NCBI RefSeq assembly: GCF_006345805.1
Contig: NC_043006.1
Coordinates: forward strand, 89,528,001-89,592,000
Direction: 5' to 3'
DNA from: Octopus sinensis
Lineage: Eukaryota
Length of the DNA stretch: 64,000 bases
The position numbers and the translations under genes were made by a program. Position 1 is the stretch's first letter, and every line of letters starts with the position of its first letter. Positions 42,336 to 54,006 of this stretch are shown piece after piece. The notes under the pieces are model-generated. The model searched no databases. It was not told the origin of the DNA and saw only the letters and a list, made by a program, of their open reading frames with translations.

Positions 42336-42542
42336 ATGGGTTTCAATTCCTATATATATCTTTTATCTTTTACTTTAGTCGAACAATTTCTTTTAAAGTC
42401 TGGTACTTATTCTATTGGTCTTCTTTGCACCAAACCTCAAAGCTATGGGGAATGTAAACGCACCAACACCGGTCGTCAAGTGGTGGAAAGGAACAAACAC
42501 AGACACATAGATATATACATACATACGTAGATATATATATAT

Positions 42543-43100
42543 AGATGTTTTCGATCTAATTTGTATTCTTTGCTATCAAATTTGAATTCATTGCAATCAA
42601 AGTCGAATTTTTCAATTGGTGCTCAAGCCTTGAAAAAAAGAGAGAGAGTTAAACTACATCAGCCGCAAGGGAATACATGTCTATCTTATCTAACTCGTCC
42701 AGTAGAGATGACCAATTGATATCTGAAAAGTTCGATGAAGTAACTCATGAACACTGCGATAGCTTCTGCCAAAAGATGTTCTGTTATGTCGACCGGTCTC
42801 AACAAGGGGAGATAATAGAAAAAGAATCATTCGTTTATTATCTCCCCTTGTTCAGACTGGTCGACGACATAAATATGTTGAAACATCTTTTGGTAGAAGC
42901 TATCGCAGTGTTCATGAGTTATTTCATCGAACTTTTCAGATATCAATTGGTCAGCTCTACTGGACGAGTTAGATAAGATAGACATGTATTCCCTTGCGGC
43001 TGATGTAGTTTAACTCTGTTTTTTTTTTCAAGGCTTAAGCACCAATTGAAAAATTCAAATTTGATTGCAAAGAATTCAAACTAGATCCAAAAAATTTATA
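42543..43100. mobile_element. Palindromic (foldback) MITE inserted in the (TA)n core of a SINE
   Basis: Arms of about 270 bp (to 42817 and from 42836) are near-perfect reverse complements around an 18-nt loop. The two SINE halves at 42355-42540 and 43105-43226 flank it. Confidence 0.85.
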
Positions 43101-44416
43101 TATAACGGGCTTCTTGCAGTTTCTGTCTAGCAGATCCACTTGCCCAAAGTGCCACACAATAAGACTGAACCCGGGAGTCATGTGGTTGGGAAGCAAGCTT
43201 CTTACTATATAGCCATGCCTGTGCTTATATATATTTTTTTTGTGTGTGTGTGTGTGTGTGCTTCTTCTTTTGTGTTTGATGTTAACATCTTTAACCAGTA
43301 TACTAAACTAGATTAGATAAGAGTGCAAGTGCCACGGGATTGCCATCAACTATCTCCAAAATATGCATCTGTCTGTCTGTCTGTATAAAAAAATATATAG
43401 AAAGCCTCAAACTCAAACAGTTGACAAATGATTGGAAACACATGAGACAAGGATTCAGTGGAGGAAATTGGCATCAAAATTGAATTTGGGGACACTAAGA
43501 CAACACTGAAGCAAAGAATTGTTAATAAAAACTAGTATTATCATGTTAGCTAAAAAAAAGAGAGAATTAGACCAAAGACAGGCTTGGAAATACTTAGGAA
43601 TTAATAAAGTAGATAGAATACAGCACACACACACATGCGCGCGCACGCATGCACAGATGAAAAGGAGAGGTTAGGAAAGAATATTTTTGATGCATTAGAT
43701 TAATAGTTAAAACTGAGAAAAATGCCAAAAATAAGATAATAGGTATCAGTGGTCTCACTGTTCTGGCTGGAAGCTAAGTGAATTAGCAAGACTAGACAGG
43801 AAAAGAATGGCAATAATAACCACATTTAGAATACACCACACAAATGCTGACAAAGAAAAACTAAACTATACCAAAAATATAAAGAAATGGGTTCTTATGT
43901 AACTAGAAAATATTTATAAATATATGCAAGAATACCCTGATTTCTGTTGATATTGCAGAGTACAAGAAGTTCATGCCATTCAAAACTATAGTATTTTATT
44001 AAGGGATATAAGCAGAAAAAGAAAGTGAAAATTCACAACAAAACAACGTCTCAGAGAATGAGAAAATGCCAATTGATAGAGACAAAGAGAGATTAAAGCA
44101 AATCATCCAGATACAATTGCCTAAGAGCTTCTGGGGAAAGAAAATACGTCTCGTTAATGAGGCAACAGTTCCAATGGTTGACAAGGTATTTATAGGAAAA
44201 AGAAAGAAAGAAAGTAAATGGTGGTGGTGGTGGTGTGGGGTGTAGTGTCTCTTGTAAAAGAAGTTGAGAATAATGATATTCAGTATATTGGGTTTGTAAA
44301 CATTACTGTCTCCATAATAACAGGTGCTTTAGGAATCACAAAAAAGCCAAAAGAAAAAATAATCAGGCAAATATACAGAGACAAAGTGTCAGGACTGATA
44401 CCCTTTTGTGTGTGTG

Positions 44417-45079
44417 TGCACGCATGCACAGATGAAAAGGAGAGGTAAGGAAAGAATATGTTACCTACCCCTTTGATGGAATGAGTGAGCAAATGTGTGG
44501 CGTGAACATTTGAACGCTACAAACGAATCATTTGCACAGGTTGTTCAGCAAAAGATGAACACTGTTACATCATCTTCGACGGGAGAGGAGTCCATCATTA
44601 TTACAGCAGTCTTATTGATATTGTGTGCTTCCACTGACCAACGAAGGAGAGTTATTTCATCTGTTTTAGGTGGGGGGAAGTGTGTGTGTGTGTATACACA
44701 CACACACACACACAAACACACATACATACACCACATACAAAAAGCTGAAATAATCACTGCATGCTCATATTACAGAGAAATACAATCAATACAATACACA
44801 AAACAAGTGAAATTGAAACACTTCCCCCACCTAAAACAGATGAAATAACTCTCCTTCGTTGGTCAGTGGAAGCACACGATATCAATAAGACTGCTGTAAT
44901 AATAATGGACTCCTCTCCCGTCGAAGATGATGTAAGAATGTTCATCTTTTGCTGAACAACCTGTGCAAATGATTCGTTTGTAGCGTTCAAATGTTCATGC
45001 CACACATTTGCTCACTCATTCCATCAAAGGGGTAGGTAACATATTCTTTCCTAACCTCTCCTTTTCATCTGTGCGTGCA
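44417..45079. repeat. Long inverted repeat (arms 44417-44683 and 44818-45079)
   Basis: About 7 differences over about 265 bp, with a 134-bp spacer containing a CA tract. Confidence 0.95.
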
Positions 45080-45149
45080 TGTGTGTGTGTGTGTGTGTGC
45101 GTGTGCGTGCACGCTGTATTCTGTCTACTTTATTAATTCCTAAGTGTAC

Positions 45150-45640
45150 CATACATCAGGTGTTGGAGTGATTGCTGCACAGCAATGTGAGATGAAAGGT
45201 TTGGCTCAAAAACAAAGCTCACCACTCAGTCTAGGAATTGAATGTTAGGTGAGTATGTGGTTTCCAAAGCAACAGAGAAGTGGCATGAACATAAACCAGA
45301 AGTTGTGATAGAAAATGAGAACTACCAGATCTTGTGGGATTTCCCTGTTAAAGACTGACCAAACTATTGATGCAAGAAGGACAGTTATGATTATAGAGGA
45401 CAAAAATAGCAAACAAGGTAAGATCATAGATTTTGGAATTCTCTTTGATAGCAGAGTCAATACCAAAGAAATAGAAAAAATTGAGAAATATCAGGATATA
45501 GCTAAAGAGCTTCAGAAACTTGGAAAACTGAGACAACAATTATTCCTGTAGTGATTAATGCACTTGGCAAAACATCCAAAGTTCTACCTAAAAGATTGAA
45601 AGAGGCGAGAATTAAAACTCACATTGCTATGAGGAGACTT
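45150..45640 (+). mobile_element. RLE-domain fragment of an R4/Dong/R2-like non-LTR retrotransposon
   Basis: WHEHKPEVVIENENYQILWDFPVKTDQTIDARRTVMIIEDK...IIDF...KEIEKIEKYQD...PVVINALG, with the usual RRPD motif mutated. Shorter related pieces lie at about 47005-47170 and 44230-44350 (minus). Confidence 0.8.
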
Positions 45641-46199
45641 GTTATTACCAAACCTCAAGATAAAACACCTCCTAGAATGTACTAGTTTAATAATAATAAT
45701 TACTATAATTGACTTCAGATCTTAACTGATTAGAAGCATTATCACGTATATGTACAGGAAGGTTAACTAGGAAGATAGTTTTTGTGCATGCACCAAATAT
45801 GCTATATAGTTGATGTTACCTACCCCTTTGACCGATGAATAGTCAAGAAGGAAGGTGAAAAGATAGATATGACCCTCTTAAGTATGAAATAGTCCAGCTA
45901 TGGAAAATGAAGAAGGTGAAGATATTGCCAATTATTGTTGGGTCTTTGGGAACAGTATCAGAAGGCATCAAGAGGAATATGAAGGAAACTGGAATAGAGT
46001 GCCCAGTAGAACTGTTACAAAAGGTTTGCCTCCTTGGAAAGTATTAGATAGCTGAAAAGAACAAATATCATAGTAATGTAGGCTGCAGGTAGTAAGCCTG
46101 CTACACATGCAAGACTCCAGGAGTTCCAACAAAATCCTATTATAAAGAGAAAATGATAATAATAATGATGATGATGATGATGATGACAATAATAATAAT

Positions 46200-46740
46200 C
46201 AAAGCCCTGGTGCAGTACCAGATAGTGGCTCTTGTGGCTTCTGATCTTGACTCATTGGAAGTGTTATCATGTACATGTTTTGTCTTGGCATAAAAGATGG
46301 GCTACAGCAAATATTCTGCCCAACACCCCAGATCTGCTTGTCAGTTGTTTGACCTTAAACCAGTTGAGCATGTCTCTTAGTGGCTGATGATATGTGCATC
46401 TCTGATCACGAGCAGAAGTAGTTGGGGAGCATTATAGCCATGTGTTGAGAAGAATTCTTTGGAATTTGAATAATTCAACCCTGGGAACATGGGTGTTTTG
46501 TTTAACATCCTTAAACAAACCTTATTCAGAGAGCTTTTGAGCAGGATGGTCTACTTGACCAGAAGAAAATTCTAACTGGGCCCCACCTGCAAGGTCATGC
46601 ACAGTTTATCTTGATACAAGATCACCATGTCACGCATATATGGCAGTGATGCATGTGCCTGGTTTGCTCTTATCAGACAGGTATACTGGGCTTCACATAT
46701 TGTTACCCCAGTGTCACTTTGATGGCAGGCACTGCTCTCT
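46200..46740 (-). repeat. Second copy of the 540-bp interspersed repeat
   Basis: Reverse-complement match to 34906-35445. Confidence 0.85.
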
Positions 46741-48177
46741 CATTCAATGATAATAACCATATATTTGAGAATGATCCCTGGCTTGCCATCCATGCTAGGA
46801 GTGCAAAAGATTGTTCTAACTGGTACATCATACATATTGAGAAGAATGTTGTAGCTGTGAACATTGTTGCTTTGAATTTATCTTTTTTCTTTTTTATCTA
46901 TTTTTTCTTTTTTCCTTTTTTTTTCTATCACATTTGACTTTGCAAATGAACAACATGGTGTGTTTGTTTTAATGACCTACCAATGTATACAATGAATTTC
47001 TTTGCCCTAGGTGTCAGGAAGTCAGTACCAAAGAAATATCAGAATCTAGCCAAGAAGGTTGAGAAGAATGTGGGAGATGAAGACAACAATTATTCCTGTA
47101 GAAATTGGTGCAACATTCGAAATGCTACCTAAAAGACTGAAAGAGATTGGAATTGAAACCTGCATTGTTGACTTCAATGTCCACTGTTCAATGTTTTTAT
47201 GGGTCAGACAGAATTTGTTGGAGCAGATTTTCAACAGTTGGATGCCCTCCCTGGCACCAAGCCCCACAACTTACAAGGAAGGTAATATTTCCTCATGGCC
47301 AGACATGTCTTCATAGAAACAAGGGGCACTACTTACTGATAGGGACATCCAGCTATAACCATAGTATGATGTAAAGACAAGGAGACAAACACACACTTAT
47401 GTATATGACAAGCTTCTGTCAGTTTCTGTCTAGCAAATCCAATCACAAGATCTTGGTCAACCTGCGGCTGGAGTAGAATAACACTGGCCAACGAGTCCAC
47501 ACAGTGAAACTGAACCCAAAATCATATGGTTGGAAAGCAAATATTTTTTAACTACACAACCATGCTTGTGCCTAACTTATTTTGAATATGGTAAATAGAT
47601 TAGTGGAACCAGTACAGTCAACCCTCTCTTGTAAGCAAATAGCAATTGGTAACATGTAGCATGCTTTCACTAATTGTTTTAGACACCTGTTTAGTCCCAA
47701 GTAGACATAAACAGCCTCTTTGGCTCTGCCATCCTTGACTAAATGGAACATTTAAGAGGTGACAGCTAGATGGATGGGAGAGAGAGAGAGGAGGGAGAGA
47801 GAGAGATTCACTAACTCTTGGCTGGTACTCATTCTAGCTGAGAAGAGTGAAGCATCATGAAAGGAAATGCCTTGCTCAAGGTCACAACATGTCCCCAAGT
47901 TCAGGAATTGGACTTACATAAATAATGTGGTTGATTTGTTAAAAAAAAACCCATCCAAGGAAGTACCCCAGCATGGTCACAGTACACTGACTGAAACAAG
48001 TAAACGATAAAGATATATTTTTAAACAACACCTCATGAAACCCTTGTAATTTTTCATAGAATCATGAGATTCCTTAGAACCCACTTTGTGAAGCCCTAAA
48101 TTAATATATTTATCCCTTAAGCCAGCTTACATTCTGGTTGGTCTTTACATCAACATATATTCATATCTATCTATCTA

Positions 48178-48213
<36 letters not shown>

Positions 48214-48401
48214 TAGGTGAATGAATTATCCTAGTATGGACAATTAAGTTCCTTGTCTTTCCTGATGAAAGGCGGCATAATGCATCCTTTATTCCTTCGG
48301 AATTAAGAATATGCAGTCTTCGAAACATATGTCGAGAATAAAGGAATTTTGTTAAATCGTCGTTCGACTCCATTCTTTCATTTATTTATATATATATATA
48401 T

Positions 48402-49300
48402 ACCCAGGCTTATTCCTCATTTTCTTTTAGGGAGGGGGTAGCCACAACAAGACACATACCAAGCATTCCATTCGTTTCCCAGCTCAGAGAGGCGAGCCCT
48501 GTCCTATGCTCAGGTCAAGGCATGGAGTGCAACCCCCAATATCAGCAGGGGGGGGGGCTGACAGCATACGTTGGGATATTCCTGCCACGTCAAGCTGGTT
48601 CTATTCCCCTTTGAGCAACATCAAATTCACTCATCCATCCACAAACATTCTCCAAGCTTTCCTATCGTTTATAAACTTCCTTGCCTCTCTCACTCCAACA
48701 CCTCTGACCATCAAAGATTTCCTCACTCCATCCATCCACACAAACCAAGGTCTGCCTCTGGTTCTGCTGCCTACCACTTCTGCCTTCATCACCCTCCTTA
48801 CCATCCACTCCTCGTCCATTCTCTTCATGTGGTCAAACCACCTCAACATTCATCTATCCACTTTGGTTGTTAGTTTTTCTTTCATTCCTGCTGTCTTTGC
48901 ACCTCATCATTCCTCACCCTGTTCATCCATGTCACACCAACCTTAGTCCTCTGACATCCCATCTCAAACACATCTGGTCACCTCCTTTCTGCCTATCTCA
49001 GTCCCTACATCTCTGCACCCTATAACATTGCTGGCACAGTCATGCCCTCATACATACCTCTTTTTGTTTTCATACCCAGCCTTTTATCTCTAAGCATACC
49101 TTTCATAACTCCCTGTATCTTACTCCCCTCCCTCACTCTGTATCCCATCTCCCCAGCCAGTCCCACCAACCTTAGCTTAAATATTAATCCACAATCATTT
49201 GTCAAACAAAATATATTTTGTTATGCCTGTGACTCTTTGAGCAGACTTATCTGTAAATTCTTCATTCTAAGTAATCAGACATAGCTTCTTTGAACTTGTC
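48402..49300 (-). mobile_element. 3' fragment of a second RTE LINE subfamily
   Basis: KRLGMKTKRGMYEGMTVPAML and LRWFDHMKRMDEEWMVRRVMKAEVVGSRTRGRP...WMDGV are RTE C-terminal motifs. Confidence 0.8.
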
Positions 49301-49789
49301 ACACCCATGGAATATAATCTTATCTTATTAACATCTTGCTTATTTGGGGCAGAGAAACAAAGGAGATATGTAAACTTTTGTGTGGGTTGGGCTTCCTAAA
49401 ACACAAGCAAATGATGATGCCAAGTTAAGACAGCATAGAGGGTGCACTCTACGAAATTAGATTCTATGAAATCCACAATTTTTATTTCAAGACTCTCAGA
49501 TTAATGTCAATCATATAAAAACACAGCCTGTAATTTGCCAGAGTGTAATATATTATGTAATTTCTCTGGTCAGGAGGTACAACAGTCAGTTTCTTCTTTG
49601 TTCTCTACAGTTTATTGATTGCACATAGATTAACCTAAATTATTTTACTATTAGATTCTTGGTCTCCTATTCTGTTGACTTTTTCCAATTCCATTACTAG
49701 AGTTCTTGTTTAACCAAACTTTTGTTTCTTTTTGCTGTTATGTTATTACTATTATTGTTAGTATTTTTTTCTGTAACTATTTCTATTTT

Positions 49790-49824
<35 letters not shown>

Positions 49825-50877
49825 ATTTCACTCAGTGTAAGCAGTTCAGGAAATACAGCCATTTGAGAATAATCATTATTTAATCCTGCCATAAAAACAG
49901 ATTTGATGAATGAAATTTGTTTTTATAACATTTAATCAAAACCAAACCACATTACATGCACATTTCTTATCAACAACATTGAACAACCCTCTTTTTTTTC
50001 TCCAATGTGATTATTGCTTCAGCTTTTCTTCTTACACATACACACACGTTTATATGCAAGTAAAACATATATAAAAAGGTATACACATTTATATATGTAT
50101 AAACACACACACACGCATATATATATATATATATGTATATTTGAAGTTGAACTTAACACATGATTATTTGCTCTCAAAGACATAGTTTCTTACATTCTTA
50201 AGATGAAAGAGTAGAATCTTTTTGGCTGGTCTGGTCTGAATAAATAATGGGACAATTTTTTTTTGTTTTTTGAAATATAACACATCAGATTATTAGGACA
50301 GATGGACATACATACATATACAACCATTAACATATAAGTATACAAAATAATTTTGTGAACATAAATACACTCTGAGACATATATACAGTGAGTGTTTAAC
50401 ATATGCACAAACTGCTTTGCAAATATAAATGCACACATGCACACACACACAACCTTAAAAAAACACTGGCCAAGTGAATAACAAAACCCTTCTCCTAATC
50501 AAATTCCCTCAGCAGACAAGAAATTCCTGAGATAAACTTTTTGAGTTCTTCTGAAAATGACAGCAACCATGGTTTCTAATTTAAGCACAAGGTTAGCAAT
50601 TTTGAGGTGCAGGGCAAGTCAATACCATCGACCCCAGTACTAGAATGCTACTTTATTTTCTCAACCCTGAAACAATGAAGGGCAAAGTTGACTTCTGTGC
50701 AATGTGAAATTGAAATGTACAAAGCCAGAACAAATACCACAAGGCACTTTTTGAAGCTTTACTGGTCCTGTTATCTTGCTGTCTTTTATGTAATGTAGGC
50801 CCCAGGCCAGGAATTTTGAGGAGAGGGATTAGCTAATACCATCTTCCTAAGTATTACACTGGTACTTTATTGGACCC

Positions 50878-53564
50878 ATCATCATCATCATCATCATCAT
50901 TTAACGTCCATTTTCCATGCTAGCACAGGTTGGACGGTTCGACCGGGGTCTGGGAAGCCAAGGGCTGCACCAGGCTCCAGTCTGATCTGGCAGCGTTTCT
51001 ACAGCTGGATGCCCTTCCTAACGCCAACCACTCCACGAGTGTAGTGGGTGCTTTTTACATGCCACCGGCACTGGTGCCAGGGGAGTCTGGCATCGTCCAC
51101 AATCGGTTGGTGCTTTTAATGTGCCACCGGCACGGAAGCCAGCCAAGGCGGCGCTGGCATCGGTCACGTTCGGATGGTGCTTTTTATGTGTCACCGGCAC
51201 AGAAGCCAGTCGAGGTGGCGCTGGCATCGACCATGTTTGGATGGTGCTTTTTATGTGCCACCAGCACAGGTATCACAACTACTATTTCCATTGATATTTA
51301 TTTCGATGTTCATGTACTTGACTCAATAGGTCTCCTCAAGCACAGCGGGATGTTCTGGTATCCAAGGTACTTTGAATGGGCAGGGGCTATGCGGAACTGG
51401 TGCATGAAGCAGCCTGGGTCTTTGCAGTCACAGCATATCTCCAGAGATTTCGGTCCTTCGTCATTGCCTCTGTGAGGCCCAATGCTCTGAGGTCATGCTT
51501 GACTACCTCATCCCATGTCTTACTGGGTCTACCTCTCCCCCTGATACCTTCAACTGTTTGGGAGCGGCACTTCTTCACACATCTCTCCTCATCCATCCGC
51601 AGTACATGACCATACCATCGCAAGTGTCGCTCTTGCACACCACATCTGATACTTCTTACGTCCAGCAGGGTGTTTACCCTCTGTTGTGCATGCACACTGA
51701 CATTACACATCCAGCGGATCATGCTAGCTTCATTTCTTTCAAGTCTACGCATGTCCTCTGCAGTCATGGCCCATGTTTCACTACCATGAAGCATGGCAGT
51801 TCTCACACATGCATCATAAATCTACCTTTCATTCTGAGCGAGAGACCCTTTGTCGCCAGTAGGGGTAGGAGCTTTCTAAACTTTGCCCAGGCTATTCGTA
51901 TTCTAGTGGTGACACTCTCCGAGCATCCACCTCCACTACTAACTTGGTCACCCAGGTAGCGGAAACTATCAACTACTTCTAGTTTCTTCCCCTGGAGTGT
52001 GATGGAATCTGTTTTCTGAGTATCTGTGGTGTCTATTGTCCCTGTGCATCTGCTGCACATGAAAGCTATCTTATCGTCCATAGCTTACACTGGGTACATC
52101 TTATGGAGTTTCTACCTACACCTTTCCTACAGATCGAGCAGGGCCATCTGCCCAAGGGAGTGTGTGCTGAGTTCGCCTTTCTGCTTACTATAACTTTGGT
52201 TTTTGCTACATTTACTCTAAGGCCCTTTGATTCTAACCCTTGCTTCCACACCCGGAATTTCTTTTCTAGTTCCGGTAGTGATTCTGCTATGAGAGCCAGC
52301 ATAGAGGAGCTCCCAGGGGCAACCTGTTTTGAATTCCTTTGTTATTGCCTGGAGGACTATGATGAATAAAAGGGGACTGAGGGCTGAGCCTTGGTGTACA
52401 CCTACTTCTACCTGGAATTCTTCACTATATTCGTTGCCAATCCTAACCTTGCTGACAGCCTCTCTGTATAGGGCCTGTACAGCCCTTATTAGCCATTTGT
52501 CAATCTCCAGTTTCCGCATCGACCATCAGATAAGGGATCGGGGGACCCTGTCAAAGGCTTTCTCCAAGTCCACAAAAGCTATGTAGAGGGGTTTATCTTT
52601 AGCTAGGTACTTCTCCTGCAGTTGTCGGACCAGGAATATAGCATCAGTGGTGCTTCTACCCGGCACAAAACCGAACTGCATCTCATCTAAGCAAATTCTC
52701 TCCCTAATGAGATGGGTTATGACCCTCTCTGTGACCTTCATCACCTGATCCAACAGTTTAATACCCCTGTAGTTATTTCTATCTAGAGCATCACCCTTAC
52801 CCTTGTAGCAGTTGACTATTGTGCTGCTACGCCAGTCATTGGGTATGACTCCATTATGAACTACCTGGTTTACAATGCAGGTGACTAGGCCATAGCCCAC
52901 ATAACCAGCTGTTTAAGCATCTCAGCAGTGATTCCTGATGGGCCGGGGGCTTTACCTGGTTTCATACCCTTAATTGCCTTAACTACAAGGAAGCTGTCTA
53001 TTCGGATAGCTGGTCCCTCTACTGGGTCAACATTTGGCAGGCTCTCCTCCTCCCATTTATTCTCCACATTCAGCAGTCTTTGATAATGGTTTCTCCAAGC
53101 CTCTTTCTTTTCACCATCATTAAAAGCAAATGCCCCATCATCCATGTGGACACATTTCTCTCCTGTAACATCACTATTTTCTCTCACACACTGTCTAGCA
53201 ATCCGAAATACTTCAGTTCTTTGGTCCTCGCATCGCTGGACATTGGCAAACTTCTTCTTTTCTGCTACATATTTGGCTATGTATACCTGCTGCCCAGCCT
53301 CCCTTTTGGCTACCTGGTACAGTTCCCTGCTAACCCCATCCCTCCAGGCTTTCCAGGCCTGTTTCTTTGCACTAATGGCTTTGTCTACTGCACTATTCCA
53401 CCACCACGTAACTCTAAATCTGGAAGGGACTTTGCACCATCCACAGACTTGGTCTGTGGCACTCAGCAAGCTGTCCCGTAGGAATTTCCAGCTACCTTCT
53501 ATGTCAAGTAGGAATTTCCAGCTACCTTCTATGTCCGTAGGAATTTCCAACTACCTTCTATGTC
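50878..53564 (-). mobile_element. 5'-truncated RTE LINE with frameshifted RT, inserted in a SINE
   Basis: Remnants include NYRGIKLL, QFGFVPGRSTTDAIF, FVDLEKAFD, GVHQGSALSPLLF and LRWYGHV...RGRP, with a (gat)n tail at 50878. Confidence 0.95.
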
Positions 53565-53918
53565 AGAATCCAAAAGGATGAAATTCCAAATTGGCCTTGG
53601 TGGGATCTGAACTCAAAATGTAAACAGCTGCAATGAATACCACAAAGTATTTTTCTCTGATGTCTTAAGAAATTCCTTGCAGCATTTGTTCTGGTCCTGT
53701 ACATTGTGAGTTCCAATCCTGCCAAGGCCAACTTTATCTTTCATCTCTCCAGAGTCAATGAAATAAAATACCAGTCAAGTATGAGAGGTCATTGAGAGAC
53801 TGAATCCTTGTCTTTGAATGACAGACATCCACCATTTGTTTTATTATTGCCAGGAGGGATTATTTAACTGCTATTGTTGACAGGAATATAACAGGGTGGA
53901 ATTCAAATAACCCTGCTG

Positions 53919-53920
<2 letters not shown>

Positions 53921-53956
<36 letters not shown>

Positions 53957-54006
53957 CCTCCTCTTCCTCTTCCTCCTTCTTCTTCTTCTTCTTCTTCTTC
54001 TTCTTT
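53921..54006. repeat. Compound (CAT)n-(CCT/CTT)n microsatellite
   Basis: Directly visible. Confidence 0.95.

Noticed and set aside
50990-51270. Regularly spaced repeats that could suggest a CRISPR array
   Set aside because: This is eukaryotic DNA, the units are degenerate without unique spacers, they belong to the RTE 3' UTR, and there are no cas genes.
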